NCBI RefSeq assembly: GCF_001194135.2
Contig: NC_068995.1
Coordinates: forward strand, 54,978,699-55,022,500
Source: Octopus bimaculoides
Taxonomy: Eukaryota
Direction: 5' to 3'
Length of the DNA stretch: 43,802 nucleotides
Shown here: positions 1-14,213 of the stretch, piece after piece
Numbering within the stretch: the first letter of the stretch is position 1
Layout of the letters: each line of letters starts with the position of its first letter
Notes under the pieces: generated by a model
Databases searched by the model: none
What the model was told of the DNA's origin: nothing
Seen by the model: the letters and a program-made list of their open reading frames with translations, nothing else
Position numbers and translations under genes: made by a program

Positions 1-544
1 TATATATATATATATATATATATATGAAATCAATAACATACATACACGTGTGTCTGTGACTGTGTGTGTTTTCGTGCGTACATGGTTGCCGATATGTGTT
101 CCAATACTCAAACACATGGTCGTTTGCGTCAATAGTCTTGCAATATATTTAGATAGAATCAAATGCAATTCTATTTTGTATGTACATTATAAAACCAAAT
201 AACTTTTATCTTCATTAGTGTAGATGTCGTACAAAATAACATTTATTAATCCGGTCCGTTAGTCAAAGAAGTTCCAGAAATATCGACATTTCATCTATCA
301 TTCAGTGCAACGTTATATATATACACGCACGTGTGAATATAATAAAGGAAAATAAGTTTAGTGTTTCTTTGAAACTTTACTGATGATATCATATTTAATC
401 GAAATGTAAAATTTTTGAGTTATTGTTAAAATAAACATATGTGTTATATAACAAATTTCAAGAATTTTCAAAATTGGATATTGCACATTTGTAAATCATT
501 ACAACTTAATTGATGAATATCAAAGGGGATACCATTATACGTGC

Positions 545-692
545 CCCCATGGTTAAAGTTTTGCTTCGATACCATGTTGTTCCAGATGCATTCCTAATTC
601 GTCGCAACTTGGGCAAGAATCATTTGCTATAACCGAAGGGCGACCAAAGTATTGCCAGTGAATTTGGTAGACGGCGACTTCTTGCGGAAGCA
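545..692 (+). mobile_element. Diverged 5' fragment of the tRNA-derived SINE also found at 22447-22888 and 33931-34300
   Basis: cttgggcaag...ctataacc...gggcgaccaaag...gtgaatttggtagacgg aligns by eye with the SINE head/body of the two fuller copies (e.g. ccttgagcaagtgtcttctactat...tttggtagacggaagc at about 34001-34060). Boundaries are approximate. Confidence 0.65.
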
Positions 693-3523
693 CATTTACG
701 AGGTGGTGCTAATATGAATATTCCTGTATATCTATACATAACTATATACGTATGTATGGATATATATATATANNNNNNNNNNAATTATGAATTGAATGCA
801 GCATTAATATATTGGAACATTATCGACCACACTCAACGTACGTGTCCTGCTTGCTCGCCCGTTCGCTGCAGTACATGGAGTGTGTGCACTCGATAATTTC
901 TAGAATATCAGCACTGCTTTTAATTCATAACTGAACCTAATCTTACGTCTGCATCATAGTGGTATACCTTCGAATTGTTCTTACAGTATTTGTATCGAGT
1001 CACAGTATTTGAAACCATATATGTGTAAATGAAAATATCAGTATATGTATTAGAAGCAGTCCAGCTTGTTTAATACAAAATGATTCATTCCGCATATCAG
1101 ACCTAACTAAATGTTAGTGGTTTTAATTACTTTTGCGTTGCGAAAGTTGAGATTTGCTCAACAATTGCCGTTTAGACAATTCAAGAGGTCACTTCTGTAT
1201 GTTACAATGTCCATAGCAAAGTTCCTTCCTTATATAACATTTAACCTAGGTTTTAAGTATATCTTTATATACATATATTTACATATATAGATGTGTGTGT
1301 GCATGTCTCGATATATTTGCGCGTGCGTATGTAGGTCATGATATCCTTCTATGTATGTGTGTCTGTGTGTGTGGGTGTGCGGGTGGTATATGGTTTGTGC
1401 GTGCAAGTATGGCAGTGGATTTATTTACTTAGCGCATTTTGAAATGGCTGTGCGACTCTGACTTTCGATGCATGTTCTTACATCCTATAAAGATTAGATA
1501 AAAGTTTCGGTTATCAATACAAATGATATTGTATATGTCGATAGATGTCTCTTGAAAATCAGAACATAATGTTATCTATCCATGCAAATCCCCTGTGAAA
1601 GAAATGAAAAGTAACTGTGATCAATATATAAAATATATATACACACACGTATATATATATATATATATATATATNNNNNNNNNNNNNNNNNNNNNNNNNN
1701 NNNNNNNNNNNNNNNNNNNNNNNNNNNNNNNNNNNNNNNNNNNNNNNNNNNNNNNNNNNNNNNNNNNNNNNNNNNNNNNNNNNNNNNNNNNNNNNNNNNN
1801 NNNNNNNNNNNNNNNNNNNNNNNNNNNNNNNNNNNNNNNNNNNNNNNNNNNNNNNNNNNNNNNNNNNNNNNNNNNNNNNNNNNNNNNNNNNNNNNNNNNN
1901 NNNNNNNNNNNNNNNNNNNNNNNNNNNNNNNNNNNNNNNNNNNNNNNNNNNNNNNNNNNNNNNNNNNNNNNNNNNNNNNNNNNNNNNNNNNNNNNNNNNN
2001 NNNNNNNNNNNNNNNNNNNNNNNNNNNNNNNNNNNNNNNNNNNNNNNNNNNNNNNNNNNNNNNNNNNNNNNNNNNNNNNNNNNNNNNNNNNNNNNNNNNN
2101 NNNNNNNNNNNNNNNNNNNNNNNNNNNNNNNNNNNNNNNNNNNNNNNATATATATATATATATATATATATATATACGTATATATATGTATATATACACA
2201 TATATACAAAAATATAAATATATATATATAAATATGTTTGTGTGTGTGTGTATGCCAGAAAAGAGAAAAGTAATACCAATGACAGAAAATAGTAGAATGT
2301 GGAATGAATAAAGATAAAAGGTTTCCAGCTATGTACTACGTTTACAGGTAGAAGATGGATCTCATGATTTGTCGGCGAAAAATCGGTAATACTGAATGTC
2401 AAAGATAATCAAAGGAATATAATTGAGTAATGCACGATAGAAAATGAGAATCCCTGATCGATATTGTTTCTGTACTTTGTATAAAATGGAAATAAGCATT
2501 CTAAATCATGTTTAGAGATTGCGAGGTTCCACACTCAACGCAGCGTATCGTTTCAAGTGGTGGATTTATATTAACTTCATATAAAATGATTACAAATATA
2601 TTCTGCAATTAAACATGAAACCTGAGTGTTTAATCTATTTCGGTATTCATATAATTACATATTTTCCATTATTAGTTTTGTTGGTCATGAATAAATACGC
2701 TCTTTCGGCAGAATTACGTTCCGCATATTGATGTCATGGATTAGATTTCATATTGCTAACCCTATTAATATTCTATGAAGATATATTTTGAAGTTAATGA
2801 GTACATATTAATATCTACCAGCAAGAAGTTATATGAAATATCACAAAATAAACGTGTTAATTGTAGTCTCAATATTCCTAAATGGTATATTAAAGAATAT
2901 TATTAAACAATTTTCTAAATTCTGACGATTTATAATTTAGGTTGTACGTATTTCGCTTACTTTCTTACATTTGAGGAACTGATGATGCTGCACAATCTTC
3001 AATGGATTCTACTCAATGATTTTCACTTCATGCATATACCATTGCATTTACAATTCCTCCACAAGGTTGTGTACACATTTATTCCAATGAATGTAACTCA
3101 TCCCGCCGAATTATACTGACAGAGTGCATGCATTGACGACTTGTGTGAATGTACGTGTGACATTGTTCTGCAGGGTTACTTCTCTGTATTTCATTTACGT
3201 ACAATGGATAAAGTGTACGACTTCAGAAGCACATTTCTACCAAATGTATACCTCGGAGTAGTCAGACCATGTGTTTCCGAAAAAATCTTGAAAACATCAA
3301 TGCTATCACCTGAGACTGTAATAAACATATTTGTATCATAACATTATAACAGATGACTATATTTGATTTACAGGAGAATTATATTCAAAATGGTATTATT
3401 GCTGCATAAAAGCGGCATTGCAATGCAGGAGGATTTATAATTCACTTGTTCAGTCAATCTGTGAATGCTTGCGCGAGGGCACAAACATGCATAGATTTAC
3501 GCGTGTTCGATTTATACATATAT

Positions 3524-3524
<1 letters not shown>

Positions 3525-3555
<31 letters not shown>

Positions 3556-3575
3556 TTTTTTTTTTNNNNNNNNNN

Positions 3576-3616
<41 letters not shown>
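3525..3616. repeat. (ATT)n microsatellite interrupted by poly-T and a 10-N gap
   Basis: Read directly from the sequence. Confidence 0.95.
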
Positions 3617-6600
3617 TTCATATCCACTCAATAGGTCAAACTGTTGGGAAATAAAACAATCCTAACTTTGGATTACAACATTTAATTTAGATACCAAGAA
3701 CCTCCTATCGAGCATTTATGGTCAGAAAACAACTGTTTTGAAGAACGTTAGCCTGTTAGCTTTTGGTAAGCAAGCTTTAATATTGTACCGCTAATATGAA
3801 ACACTCAGATTCTGCTTTCAATCATGAGCTCAGAACATAAAGATGGACATAACTAATGATATTATTAATGATATTATTCCAGTGACTGATGTACTACTAA
3901 CTATAATGAAGTGGGCGTGCAGTTTCCATGACCTTCACCTCATTATAATTTTCCGACTCGAACGTAATTGGATAGCGCTCTGATTTTTAAAAGGAGAAAA
4001 TGCGTTCAGCTGTTTTATATCCTACTATGTTTTACGGCATACAAATTAAAACAAACAACACAAAAGGGTGACATTATGCCTACTGGATATTATTTTAAAT
4101 TTAACCCGTTTTGCTACGTTCTATGAACAAATCTGATAATCCCTCGATCACTTGCACGCTAGGAGAGATATTTCATTTGGAAAATGATACAAATATGGAC
4201 ATCCTTCCGATTCAGTGGAAAACAATACCTAATTAATAAGCATATAGCAACCCACTTTGAATTGCAACATCTCCTTTATATGGTACATTAACCACAGAAC
4301 ACACGTGAAACATTGTTTGTTTAGAAAGTCATCAATCAACTGTAAACTATTATATCGGCATTCACTGAGCTACGGAAACGATGCATTCCATAAAACCTTA
4401 GCGTAATGTAGGAATGATTCTATAATATGTTTTCTAAAGATTTCTATATATTTTGGAAGTAATCTAACAGCATGTATTTTACTAATATAACGCTTGGGGA
4501 ACCAACAAGTTGCTTGTGATTGTGGATACCTTGAAACACGCACATATACAGAAATACACACACACAGGTTGTCCGCGTGTGTATAGTCGCCGCTCTACTG
4601 TATGATAGCTTAGTCCATACAACACATATGTGGAGTAATTGTAGTGAAACACTAAACGTACAAAATAACAGTGACTCTTATTGAATGCAAACTATATGAA
4701 ATACAATGTTATTCAACACTTCTGATATTTCTCCACCCGGATATAGTAGGTTTACATGATACAATCCACATACAATGTGTAACATTATTTAATCAATCAG
4801 ACCGCGGAAACACGATTTCTTCTCCGTGTATATTCAAAGATTCTCAAAACCGAATCTACATAAATTCATTTCGCAACAACTTCCATTACTATTTCAATTC
4901 TATAAATTAGAATTAAATCAAACAACCATATTATGCTTGACGCTTTGATGTGATTTGACAGGAATTGTATCTGTATCTGAGTAGCAAGACACATTTCGAG
5001 AAGATATGAAAAAATTGCTTTGTTGTTTGTATTTATATATANNNNNNNNNNNNNNNNNNNNNNTATATATATATATATATATATGATAAAATATTCCTTG
5101 GAATAAGAATAATTCCGTCTTAGGTTTTAGCTTGACTTTCCCTTTTACTATTTATAGTTAATGTAACATACTTATGTCAGTGACATGTTATTCACTCAAT
5201 AATATTGATTATACAACCATTAGAAATGGGAGAAATATCCACGGATATTATAGAAAAGTTTCCAAGAAAATAAGAAATTCTTTGATCTTGTTTGAAATTA
5301 CTATCGTTCATGTAATAAGAAAAATTCTAGGTTCATAATGTTGATACGCCGCAAAAATTTAATCTAGTTTAACTATTCGTTAAAATATAATAATGAAATC
5401 GTTTCTATTCTAAATCTTTTCGTTTCTTACTTTAATTCTCTAGTTTTTTTTTTCCTTCAAGTATCAAGGTCATCGCAATAGCATGCGAACGAAAAGGACA
5501 GTTCAGAGATGTGTATATACATATGCTTGTGTTTTTATGTATATATGTTTACGCACACGCGCGCGCGCACACACAGAGACACACATGCATGTATGCACGC
5601 TGCACGCGCGCACACATACACTCAGATAAACACACTCACACACACAGGGAGACAAATTACAAATACTCGTATGTAACTCAATTTTTCTGTGACTGGACGT
5701 GTGCGCCTGTATATCGTTGAAATTATATATATTGATATATATTTAGAAATTCACAGATTGGTGTTATTCCAATAAATTTTATTAGGTTTTCTAACTGATG
5801 GACTCTAATATTTATAGTAGCATCTTAACCCCAGAATACACAAATACTAGAATGATACATAAAGATTGCTCGGCAAAGGTACTATAATCCATAAAGAAAT
5901 TTAATTAAGAATCACGTTTTCCTGTGAATGAACGGGTAATATTCCGTTAATAATAATTAACATTTCGTTATAATGCAGTGTATAGCAATATATTTCAAAT
6001 ATCAGGGACGAGTAACTGTCAAATGTGTCAATATTTCTGAATTGTTACTCATTATCGCTACATAAACGATAAAATATATGAAGATGTGCAAGACACGTAT
6101 TATAAATTAGCAGACGTTCTTAATTCCACGATAAAACAAACATTAAGAGTTGGTTGAAATTATTTCAAGAAATATATTCGTGTAACTTCCTGTTTGCTTT
6201 CAGAAAACACACGAAAGCATGTATCCATGTCAAAAGACTAATGGACATATTAACTTTTGATAATGACAGCGAATATAAAATAAAATCATGAAAAGATAAA
6301 GTTATATTAATACTTATAATGATTTCATACTGGCGTCAACCTATGCCTCAGAGTGATGCTTTTCAAGAGGCATAAATCGCTGGAAGTAAAAATGATTTAC
6401 CAATGGAAATATCAACTTCCATTGCAAATAAAATTAGTGTACTAAAATAAATTAGGTAGGAAGCATCGAAACAAATATAAATTGTTTAATTTCAAATATG
6501 TTCTATAGGGCAGTATGCCTTTATTATAGACCAGATTTTATTATTTCCAGCATATCTTTGTTGTTGACGACACTACAAATGGACAGCATTATAAAGGCAT

Positions 6601-7022
6601 GAAATAATTTTTGGAACATTTTTGGCATTGTAAATTGCTTTTACAAGCACCATATGTAGCAGTAGAATGTAGCATATATGCATGTATGTATATCTATGTA
6701 TGTCTGCAGGTATGCGCGTCTGCCTGTATGACTGCCTGACTGTCTGCATGTAGGTAGGTAGGTATCAACAACTTACGAACGGGTGATTAGATCATGTTAA
6801 ATAGTTTCCGATCGAAGTTTTGATTTAATATCGTCTCTGGTTTTTAAATGTTGTATAATACTTCATGTGGCCCCGCCCTTCATAACTACTATAATTATGG
6901 CAAGGTGAGTACACGTCTACCGTTTCTAGACTATGGAGATTCTGTTCTATATAATTATGTAAAAACACACGTAAGCACGCACGCATATATGCACGCTCAC
7001 ATACATATGCGTNNNNNNNNNN

Positions 7023-7073
<51 letters not shown>

Positions 7074-7415
7074 CCATATATATACGCATATATGTATTTG
7101 TGTGTGTGTGTATGAATGTATGTGTGCGTCTATTCCTGTGTATTCATACATACAGTTTGTAGTATTTAATTTGTAGGAAAAAATCTATATTTTGAGATTA
7201 ATTCTCTTTTTATTGTTATTTTCTAAATGTTTTACAAAATTAAAAATGAAGTTAGGGGTTGAGAAATATTTGGAATGATGTGTGTGGTGTGGGAAAAGGA
7301 GTGCGTGAGTGTGTGTGTGCGATTGTTTGTGGGTGTGTATGCACGTGAGTATTTGTGCGTGTGTACGTGTACGCAGGTACTCTTTCGAGATAGTACTTGC
7401 TGGTGCAGCAGCCAC

Positions 7416-7481
7416 CTGGCTTCAGAAAACTGAAGAAGGGCGACGATGATCGTGTCGTTGATTCAGAAACGTGAAGCCCAG
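7416..7481 (+). mobile_element. Degenerate type I minimal hammerhead-ribozyme-like motif (Penelope-like element terminal-repeat type)
   Basis: Order is ctggctt (7416-22), cagaaaa, CTGAAGA (7430-36), a foldable stem II (cgacga/tcgttg), GAAA (7466-69), CG, TG, aagcccag (7474-81). ctggctt and aagcccag are complementary with one bulge. The layout matches the CTGAAGAAGGG...GAAACGT pattern of PLE hammerheads, but the cleavage-site base is G. Confidence 0.4.
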
Positions 7482-10118
7482 TATTCGAATCTACATTACT
7501 TTATTACTCAATTACTCTGGTGCTCTATTGATAACATTCTTAAGGTTTAAATTGTCTGTCGTCAAATGCAGGTTTTGTATATATATTTGGGATGTGGTGT
7601 CTGAATGTTTTTGTTGCTATGTGTACCTAATCTCGCCGTTACGGTTATTCAGCTATAGATTATAAATCCTTCTGCATATCAATCATGAATATAATCAATA
7701 ATCTTCAATATTCCCTGATTGTTTTTGTTGAAATATCTAATATGTGTGTTTTAAAGCATAAGCGTCATTGGATTCAAATATATTTTTATGTTCTCCTTTT
7801 ACGAAAACATTGGATGGCTTTGTATATAATCAATGACTGGAAAGCATAAACAAATAAAATAAATTTAAATATTGATATTCTAAATATTTTCTGTTTCTTA
7901 AATATTTGGATAATATTTGTTGATTCATTGATTAGTAAAAAAAAAAAATGTTTTAGCATACACCGGAGTCATATAAATCAATTGGTAATCATGAAGGAAC
8001 TTTCTTGATAATAATAACAATGTTAATATCAAAAGTAAACCCACAAAAGCCAAATAAAAACCACATCATTCAGTTGATAACCATATCAGCCCATAAGGAT
8101 GATTTTAAGTTATGCAACTCATTGCAAACTTTTATTTAATGGGAAAATATTCTAAATCATTTAAATTTATTCCGAAACATTGTAAATAAAAGAAACTGAA
8201 TTTGCATAATTTACAAACATAATTCTATTCTTAAAAATCCTCCTGCACATCAAACACTGCAAATTGTTCATTTGAATTAAAATATTATTTATTTAATTTT
8301 TAATGATATAATCCGCATAAAATCAAATATGCATATCGTCATTTATTTGGAATACCTTCTTCTATAACCCAGTGTATTTAGGGGATTCTAATTTTGAAGA
8401 AAACTACACAGACAATCTCTTTTATACAAGAGAAAACACAAAAGAACATTATATTTATTGTTTGGAGACCATTTGACATGATAGTTTGAATAACTAGAAG
8501 CAATTCGAAACACCTATTGCATATTTAATCCAATATCAGCTATACATTCTCGTAAAAATTGTTTAGAAATCAGATGAAACAGTTATAAATACGGACATAA
8601 AATCTGTAGCAAAGTATCTACAGAGCTTCTACAATTTCGAAATTTATAATGTATACCATTAATAAAACCAGTTAATAAATGATTGTCTCAATGTTTGCAC
8701 ACAATAGCTCTATTATAGGAGTGTGCACGCAAAACCTCACTTATAGCTAATATTTTATGTACAAGAAAGACATTTCTTCAATACTAAAGTTACAAAAATA
8801 TTCAAAATATGCTGTTAATAGGTTAATCAACACAATGGAATCCAAATACAACAAAATTAGCATGTAATGTTTCTATATACACGATTATAGACATCGTTTG
8901 TTTATTCGAACATATATATATATTCATAGCTTGTTCGTAATTGTTAGCCTTCCAATGCATTGTGGTACTGTAACGTTGTAAGCTGCAAAACTGAATATTT
9001 TACATACAAAAGATGCGTTGAAAATTCGTATTTATGCAAAAAAGGTTAAAATGGATTTCATACAAATGATTTTGAAAGAGTTTTATTGCATGCAACAAAG
9101 CATAATGTAAACAAGCTCTTATAGATTCATAAATTCTTAAAACACTTCCTATAATATACTGAATTTTTGCATGAAAGATGTTTATGCACATATTTCGTCT
9201 GAGATCATTTATTGTTGGTATCAAGTCAAATAAAGGAAAGTGAAGATGAATGAGTAGATAATTACAACGAATACGCAGCAATTGGATACGCCAACCTGAA
9301 GATTTTCGATCGTATCCCACTGAGATAGAATTGGATAATCTGTATTTTCTGTGTGTAGAAACAATGGTAGTGTGAAAAGATTCGATTATTTGTTTAGTTC
9401 GGCCTAGCAACATGTTTTAGCAGAACAATGAGACAGAACATGGCCTATGCAATTTGAATTTAAAAGAATTCCACGAGAAGCGAGAGAATCAACTCATTTA
9501 ACATTACCCACCACAAGCAAAGCTTGTTTGGTATGCCTCTCTACAGCGAAGATAGCATTAAGCTTAGTGAGACCGTTTCATTCAAAGACATGTTGTATTA
9601 TAGTATTAACTGGCACCATATACGACAAAGTATATATCAAATCTCTACCTCTCATTCCCTGTATATATATATATATANNNNNNNNNNNNNNNNNNNNNNN
9701 NNNNNNNNNNNNNNNNNNNNNNNNNNNNNNNNNNNNNNNNNNNNNNNNNNNNNNNNNNNNNNNNNNNNNNNNNNNNNNNNNNNNNNNNNNNNNNNNNNNN
9801 NNNNNNNNNNNNNNNNNNNNNNNNNNNNNNNNNNNNNNNNNNNNNNNNNNNNNNNNNNNNNNNNNNNNNNNNNNNNNNNNNNNNNNNNNNNNNNNNNNNN
9901 NNNNNNNNNNNNNNNNNNNNNNNNNNNNNNNNNNNNNNNNNNNNNNNNNNNNNNNNNNNNNNNNNNNNNNNNNNNNNNNNNNNNNNNNNNNNNNNNNNNN
10001 NNNNNNNNNNNNNNNNNNNNNNNNNNNNNNNNNNNNNNNNNNNNNNNNNNNNNNNNNNNNNNNNNNNNNNNNNNNNNNNNNNNNNNNNNNNNNNNNNNNN
10101 NNNNNNNNNNNNNNNNNN

Positions 10119-10150
<32 letters not shown>

Positions 10151-10185
<35 letters not shown>

Positions 10186-10226
10186 AGAGAGAGAGAGAGA
10201 GAGAGACAGTGAGAGACAGAGAGAGA
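10151..10226. repeat. (GA)n microsatellite following (TA)n
   Basis: Read directly from the sequence. Confidence 0.95.
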
Positions 10227-12105
10227 TTGTTCATTCCGATATGACTAAGCAAGGAAGGGTTACATACTGCAAAAGTGTATATTACTTAGGTAATAAACCA
10301 AACTTATACTTCAATATACTTTTTGGCGACTGACTATTTTTGTTAGACATTAATATCTATGTCACGAAATGTCCTAGAATTATAAGTGACCGAATAATAT
10401 TTCACATTAAGATAATATTTGGGAACAAAATTTTAATTTAGTCTAGCTGCGTGGCTATAATGGCAGTTCGTAAGGGTTCATCTCCTGGGAAGAATGTAGC
10501 TTCAACCGTTGAAAAAGCAAATAAAAAGATGAATATAATTTTGACACGATGTCGATATCAAATACTATTAAACTTGTGATGTGATCAGCTGGGAATATTT
10601 TGCTATACATTTATTGGGTTCTTTTTCTCTTCTTTTCATCTAGTTCTGTGGTTATGTTGGACAACTTGTTAATGGAAAAATATTCAAATATTTTCCAGCT
10701 CGTGTATTAACAAACGAAATACTTTTTTAACGCTGTTGATGTTTTGCAAAATGTTCAACACAACTTAACTATGGCTATAAGTGATGCCTCCAACGTATTC
10801 TCTCAACACGTGACTGACCACCGAAAAAAATGTGTTTACAGATCAATAATTTAACATCTGACTCGAATCAGAAGATGTAATAAAAAATATGAAAATTCTC
10901 CATTCGTATAAATATTAAAAATTTGCCGAAATCGAATTTCATTTGAATGTTAGTTTTCAACAATATCAAGAGTTTTATGAGAAAGTCTAACATACCATAC
11001 TATTTTGGAAAGTGAATTAATGTTTGAATAGATTATCAACAATATTTTATTGTTTTCGAAAAATCTTGCATGAATTATATAAGAAAATATTATGATCGTA
11101 TCAGTGCCCAATATTTTTTCTGTAAACTGCGTACGAAAATAAACGTAAGTAAATATGGTTTCAAAAAATCTATTATCTAGACTAGATGCATATATCCAAC
11201 AAAATACTGATAGATTGGAGCAAGATGTTGTAAGTTCAAATACCTTCAAAATGCAAGATTTCGAGAGGAAAAGAACTCAAAACATTTGGGATGTAGACAC
11301 TTCTCGTAGAGAGACGATCATTCTACAATCATTATTCTCAGGAAAATATGCACCACAAACAGGCTTACAACGCAGCATACATTCATAAGCATTCAATATT
11401 TAAGGTCTTCAAGAGATAAGCTGCTATGAAATATTTCATTTTCTGGAAATAGAAATGAAATTACTTCATATTATTTTGAAGATTTTGCCTGTGTGTCGGA
11501 GGTAATTTGTATATATTTGAATAACTGGTTGCAAGAGGGTATGCAAATATGTCAGTCTGGAGTTTCATTTCTTATACAATTGACCGCACATATACGTGAA
11601 ATAAGAAACATTTTCCTAACACCGACAACAATTCATGTACATCACAGCGATATGATGTATGACAACAGTTCTTTACAAACTCTTTTCAAGCATTAGTAAC
11701 GGAAAGTCACATAGGTGTTGAAGATAGGGAAGTGTTTTAGACAGTTTCGTGCTAATTTTGTGTAGTACAATGCGAAAAAGTCGAAATTATAATGGCAACT
11801 ATAACTATTGAGGGAATAACTGACAATATACCACTGGTAGCCTGAGATGAAGAACAAGCGTCATAATCATCAAAAGTAAAAACTTGAGGAATCATTTAAA
11901 AACAATGCATACCATTGAAATATAAATATGTAGTGCCGTTGCATGAATGTGAAAGCAAAATTGGTGAAAAGAAAGGGTTTGACCCGAGCAAAAAAAAAAG
12001 AAAATAGTGTTATAAGTTTACAAAGTTTAACATTTATATCATTGATATATGCAATAAACTGTAGGGTTCCAATAGCTCAGCATAGTTTAGTGGCACATAA
12101 GATAC

Positions 12106-12376
12106 CAGGGTTGTGGAGTCGGAGTCGTGGAGTCGGGGACGGAAATAATTAAGCGGTAGCTGGAGTCGGAGTTGGTAAAACTATACCAACACCGAAACAC
12201 AGTGTCCTTATTCTTTAATATAAACCAGTTATAATATTCAGACCTACTCAAAGTAGAAGCGAATGAATATGCATTATGACCACAATCACTTAATTCCATA
12301 AAGAAGAGCCGGAGTCGGAGGTGCCAATAGTAGAGGAGTCGCAGTCGAATTTTTTTGTTTTAATTACACAGCCCTG
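12106..12376. mobile_element. Non-autonomous DNA transposon (MITE) with GGAGTC subterminal repeats, probably hAT-like
   Basis: Terminal inverted repeats are cagggttgtg (12106-15) and cacagccctg (12367-76), 9/10 matching. Six exact GGAGTC copies start at 12115, 12121, 12129, 12172, 12311 and 12335. The 8-bp flanks taagatac / caatataa match 5/8, so a decayed target-site duplication is possible. The hAT assignment is inference. Confidence 0.65.
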
Positions 12377-12540
12377 CAATATAACGCTAACTATTCTGCC
12401 AGCTCACCGCATAATAGTAATTCTAATAATAGTAATTATTAGTTAGATACAGGGCCGGGCAATTTTAAGAACAGGGGATGGGTCTATCACATTTACTCTG
12501 AAAGCATGAGCAACGTAGCGTACCTTAGTTTAGTTTTGAA

Positions 12541-12680
12541 AGAAAGGGCCTGAAAGTTGTAATGGAGGAACTGAAACAGCGCATCGTTGCAAAGAAAGCA
12601 AAGATGGTGAGATACGACCAAAGAATGGAGGGTTACCGAGCAGAATAGGTTTATTCAGAATAGATCGGAAGATTATTATG
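12541..12680 (+). mobile_element. Degenerate ORF fragment of an R4/Dong-type non-LTR retrotransposon (region upstream of the RT domain)
   Basis: Translation from 12541 is RKGLKVVMEELKQRIVAKKAKMVRYDQRMEGYR, then QNR..FRIDRK after frameshifts. This fits the remembered KG..V.EELKQR..AK..K..RY..R...Y.QNRLF motif of this family. Confidence 0.65.
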
Positions 12681-14213
12681 GATTGTGCTGCATCGTCATT
12701 ATTACACGAAATGCATATTAGTATTTGTACTGATTATAATGAGGGAATTGTATGTAGGTATAAATTAGCTGGAATTATTAGAAATAGGGGTCAATGTTTG
12801 GCCAAATTACACACAGGCATCATTAAGCTTTATCACTAGAGTTCCAGAGAACTGAGCAAAAGTAACACGAAGAAAAATATTTGACATCTCAAACCAACGC
12901 GTGAATTGATACTTGATTACAACATCTCATAAATATATTGATCTAATTTCCCCTAAATCTTAACACCTTAATATTGAATAACCGACTAGTAAAGTAGCCA
13001 TCGTAAAACCAGACGCTCAGTTTAACTGGAACGAATATAGTCATACATCTTTTATTTTTTATCATACCTTACGTTGTGTTAAACGTCAACAGTAAGCAGC
13101 TATTCATTTTAACCAAAATAAATGCATCTGTATTGATTCTATAGTAGACAGAATTATCATATTTATTGTATCTACAGAAATGCCGAGCTTGGAAATAATA
13201 ATTTAGACATAGAAAGTCATTTTGATATATAACTTCACATTGTTTACATTTAGGAATATGCAAGTAGAATTATAGAAAGGAAAATAAAGCATCTACATGT
13301 AGCCTCCTGACCTTTAGAATAATAGACACATTTTACCATTTAAATACCATGTGTTTCAAGTAATCAAAAGTTTTCACGAATAAATTTACATTCATCTCTC
13401 AATACTGATAAAATTCATGATTGGAGAAAGTGAATAAAAAACTGTANNNNNNNNNNNNNNNNNNNNNNNNNNNNNNNNNNNNNNNNNNNNNNNNNNNNNN
13501 NNNNNNNNNNNNNNNNNNNNNNNNNNNNNNNNNNNNNNNNNNNNNNNNNNNNNNNNNNNNNNNNNNNNNNNNNNNNNNNNNNNNNNNNNNNNNNNNNNNN
13601 NNNNNNNNNNNNNNNNNNNNNNNNNNNNNNNNNNNNNNNNNNNNNNNNNNNNNNNNNNNNNNNNNNNNNNNNNNNNNNNNNNNNNNNNNNNNNNNNNNNN
13701 NNNNNNNNNNNNNNNNNNNNNNNNNNNNNNNNNNNNNNNNNNNNNNNNNNNNNNNNNNNNNNNNNNNNNNNNNNNNNNNNNNNNNNNNNNNNNNNNNNNN
13801 NNNNNNNNNNNNNNNNNNNNNNNNNNNNNNNNNNNNNNNNNNNNNNNNNNNNNNNNNNNNNNNNNNNNNNNNNNNNNNNNNNNNNNNNNNNNNNNNNNNN
13901 NNNNNNNNNNNNNNNNNNNNNNNNNNNNNNNNNNNNNNNNNNNNNNNNNNNNNNNNNNNNNNNNNNNNNNNNNNNNNNNNNNNNNNNNNNNNNNNNNNNN
14001 NNNNNNNNNNNNNNNNNNNNNNNNNNNNNNNNNNNNNNNNNNNNNNNNNNNNNNNNNNNNNNNNNNNNNNNNNNNNNNNNNNNNNNNNNNNNNNNNNNNN
14101 NNNNNNNNNNNNNNNNNNNNNNNNNNNNNNNNNNNNNNNNNNNNNNNCGATTAATAACAATGACACAGTATTCGGTTTGCAACCACGGTATACACGGCCT
14201 GGTATATTAAAGA

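Noticed and set aside
3141-3341. 66-aa ORF with a possible acceptor near 3173
   Set aside because: No recognisable motif, no matching donor, and the length is expected by chance.
4615-4627. 13-mer matches to the 77-bp hairpin arm (here and near 29462)
   Set aside because: Many 12-13-nt matches are expected by chance in 44 kb of AT-rich DNA.
6848-6910. ATG-initiated MLYNTSCGPALHNYYNYGK ending at a strong AAG|gtgagt donor
   Set aside because: No recognisable protein, promoter or compatible downstream exon. Consensus donors occur by chance at this scale.
9000-9413. 137-aa minus-strand ORF, the longest free of gaps and repeats
   Set aside because: TTG start, composition typical of translated AT-rich non-coding DNA, and no domain similarity I can recognise.
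11100-11660. Possible MULE-like transposase remnant (YFFCKLRTKI; WSFISYTIDRT; FPNTDNN) and the 77-aa ORF at 11155
   Set aside because: The resemblance is limited to a few residues in different frames. It needs a translated HMM search before any call.
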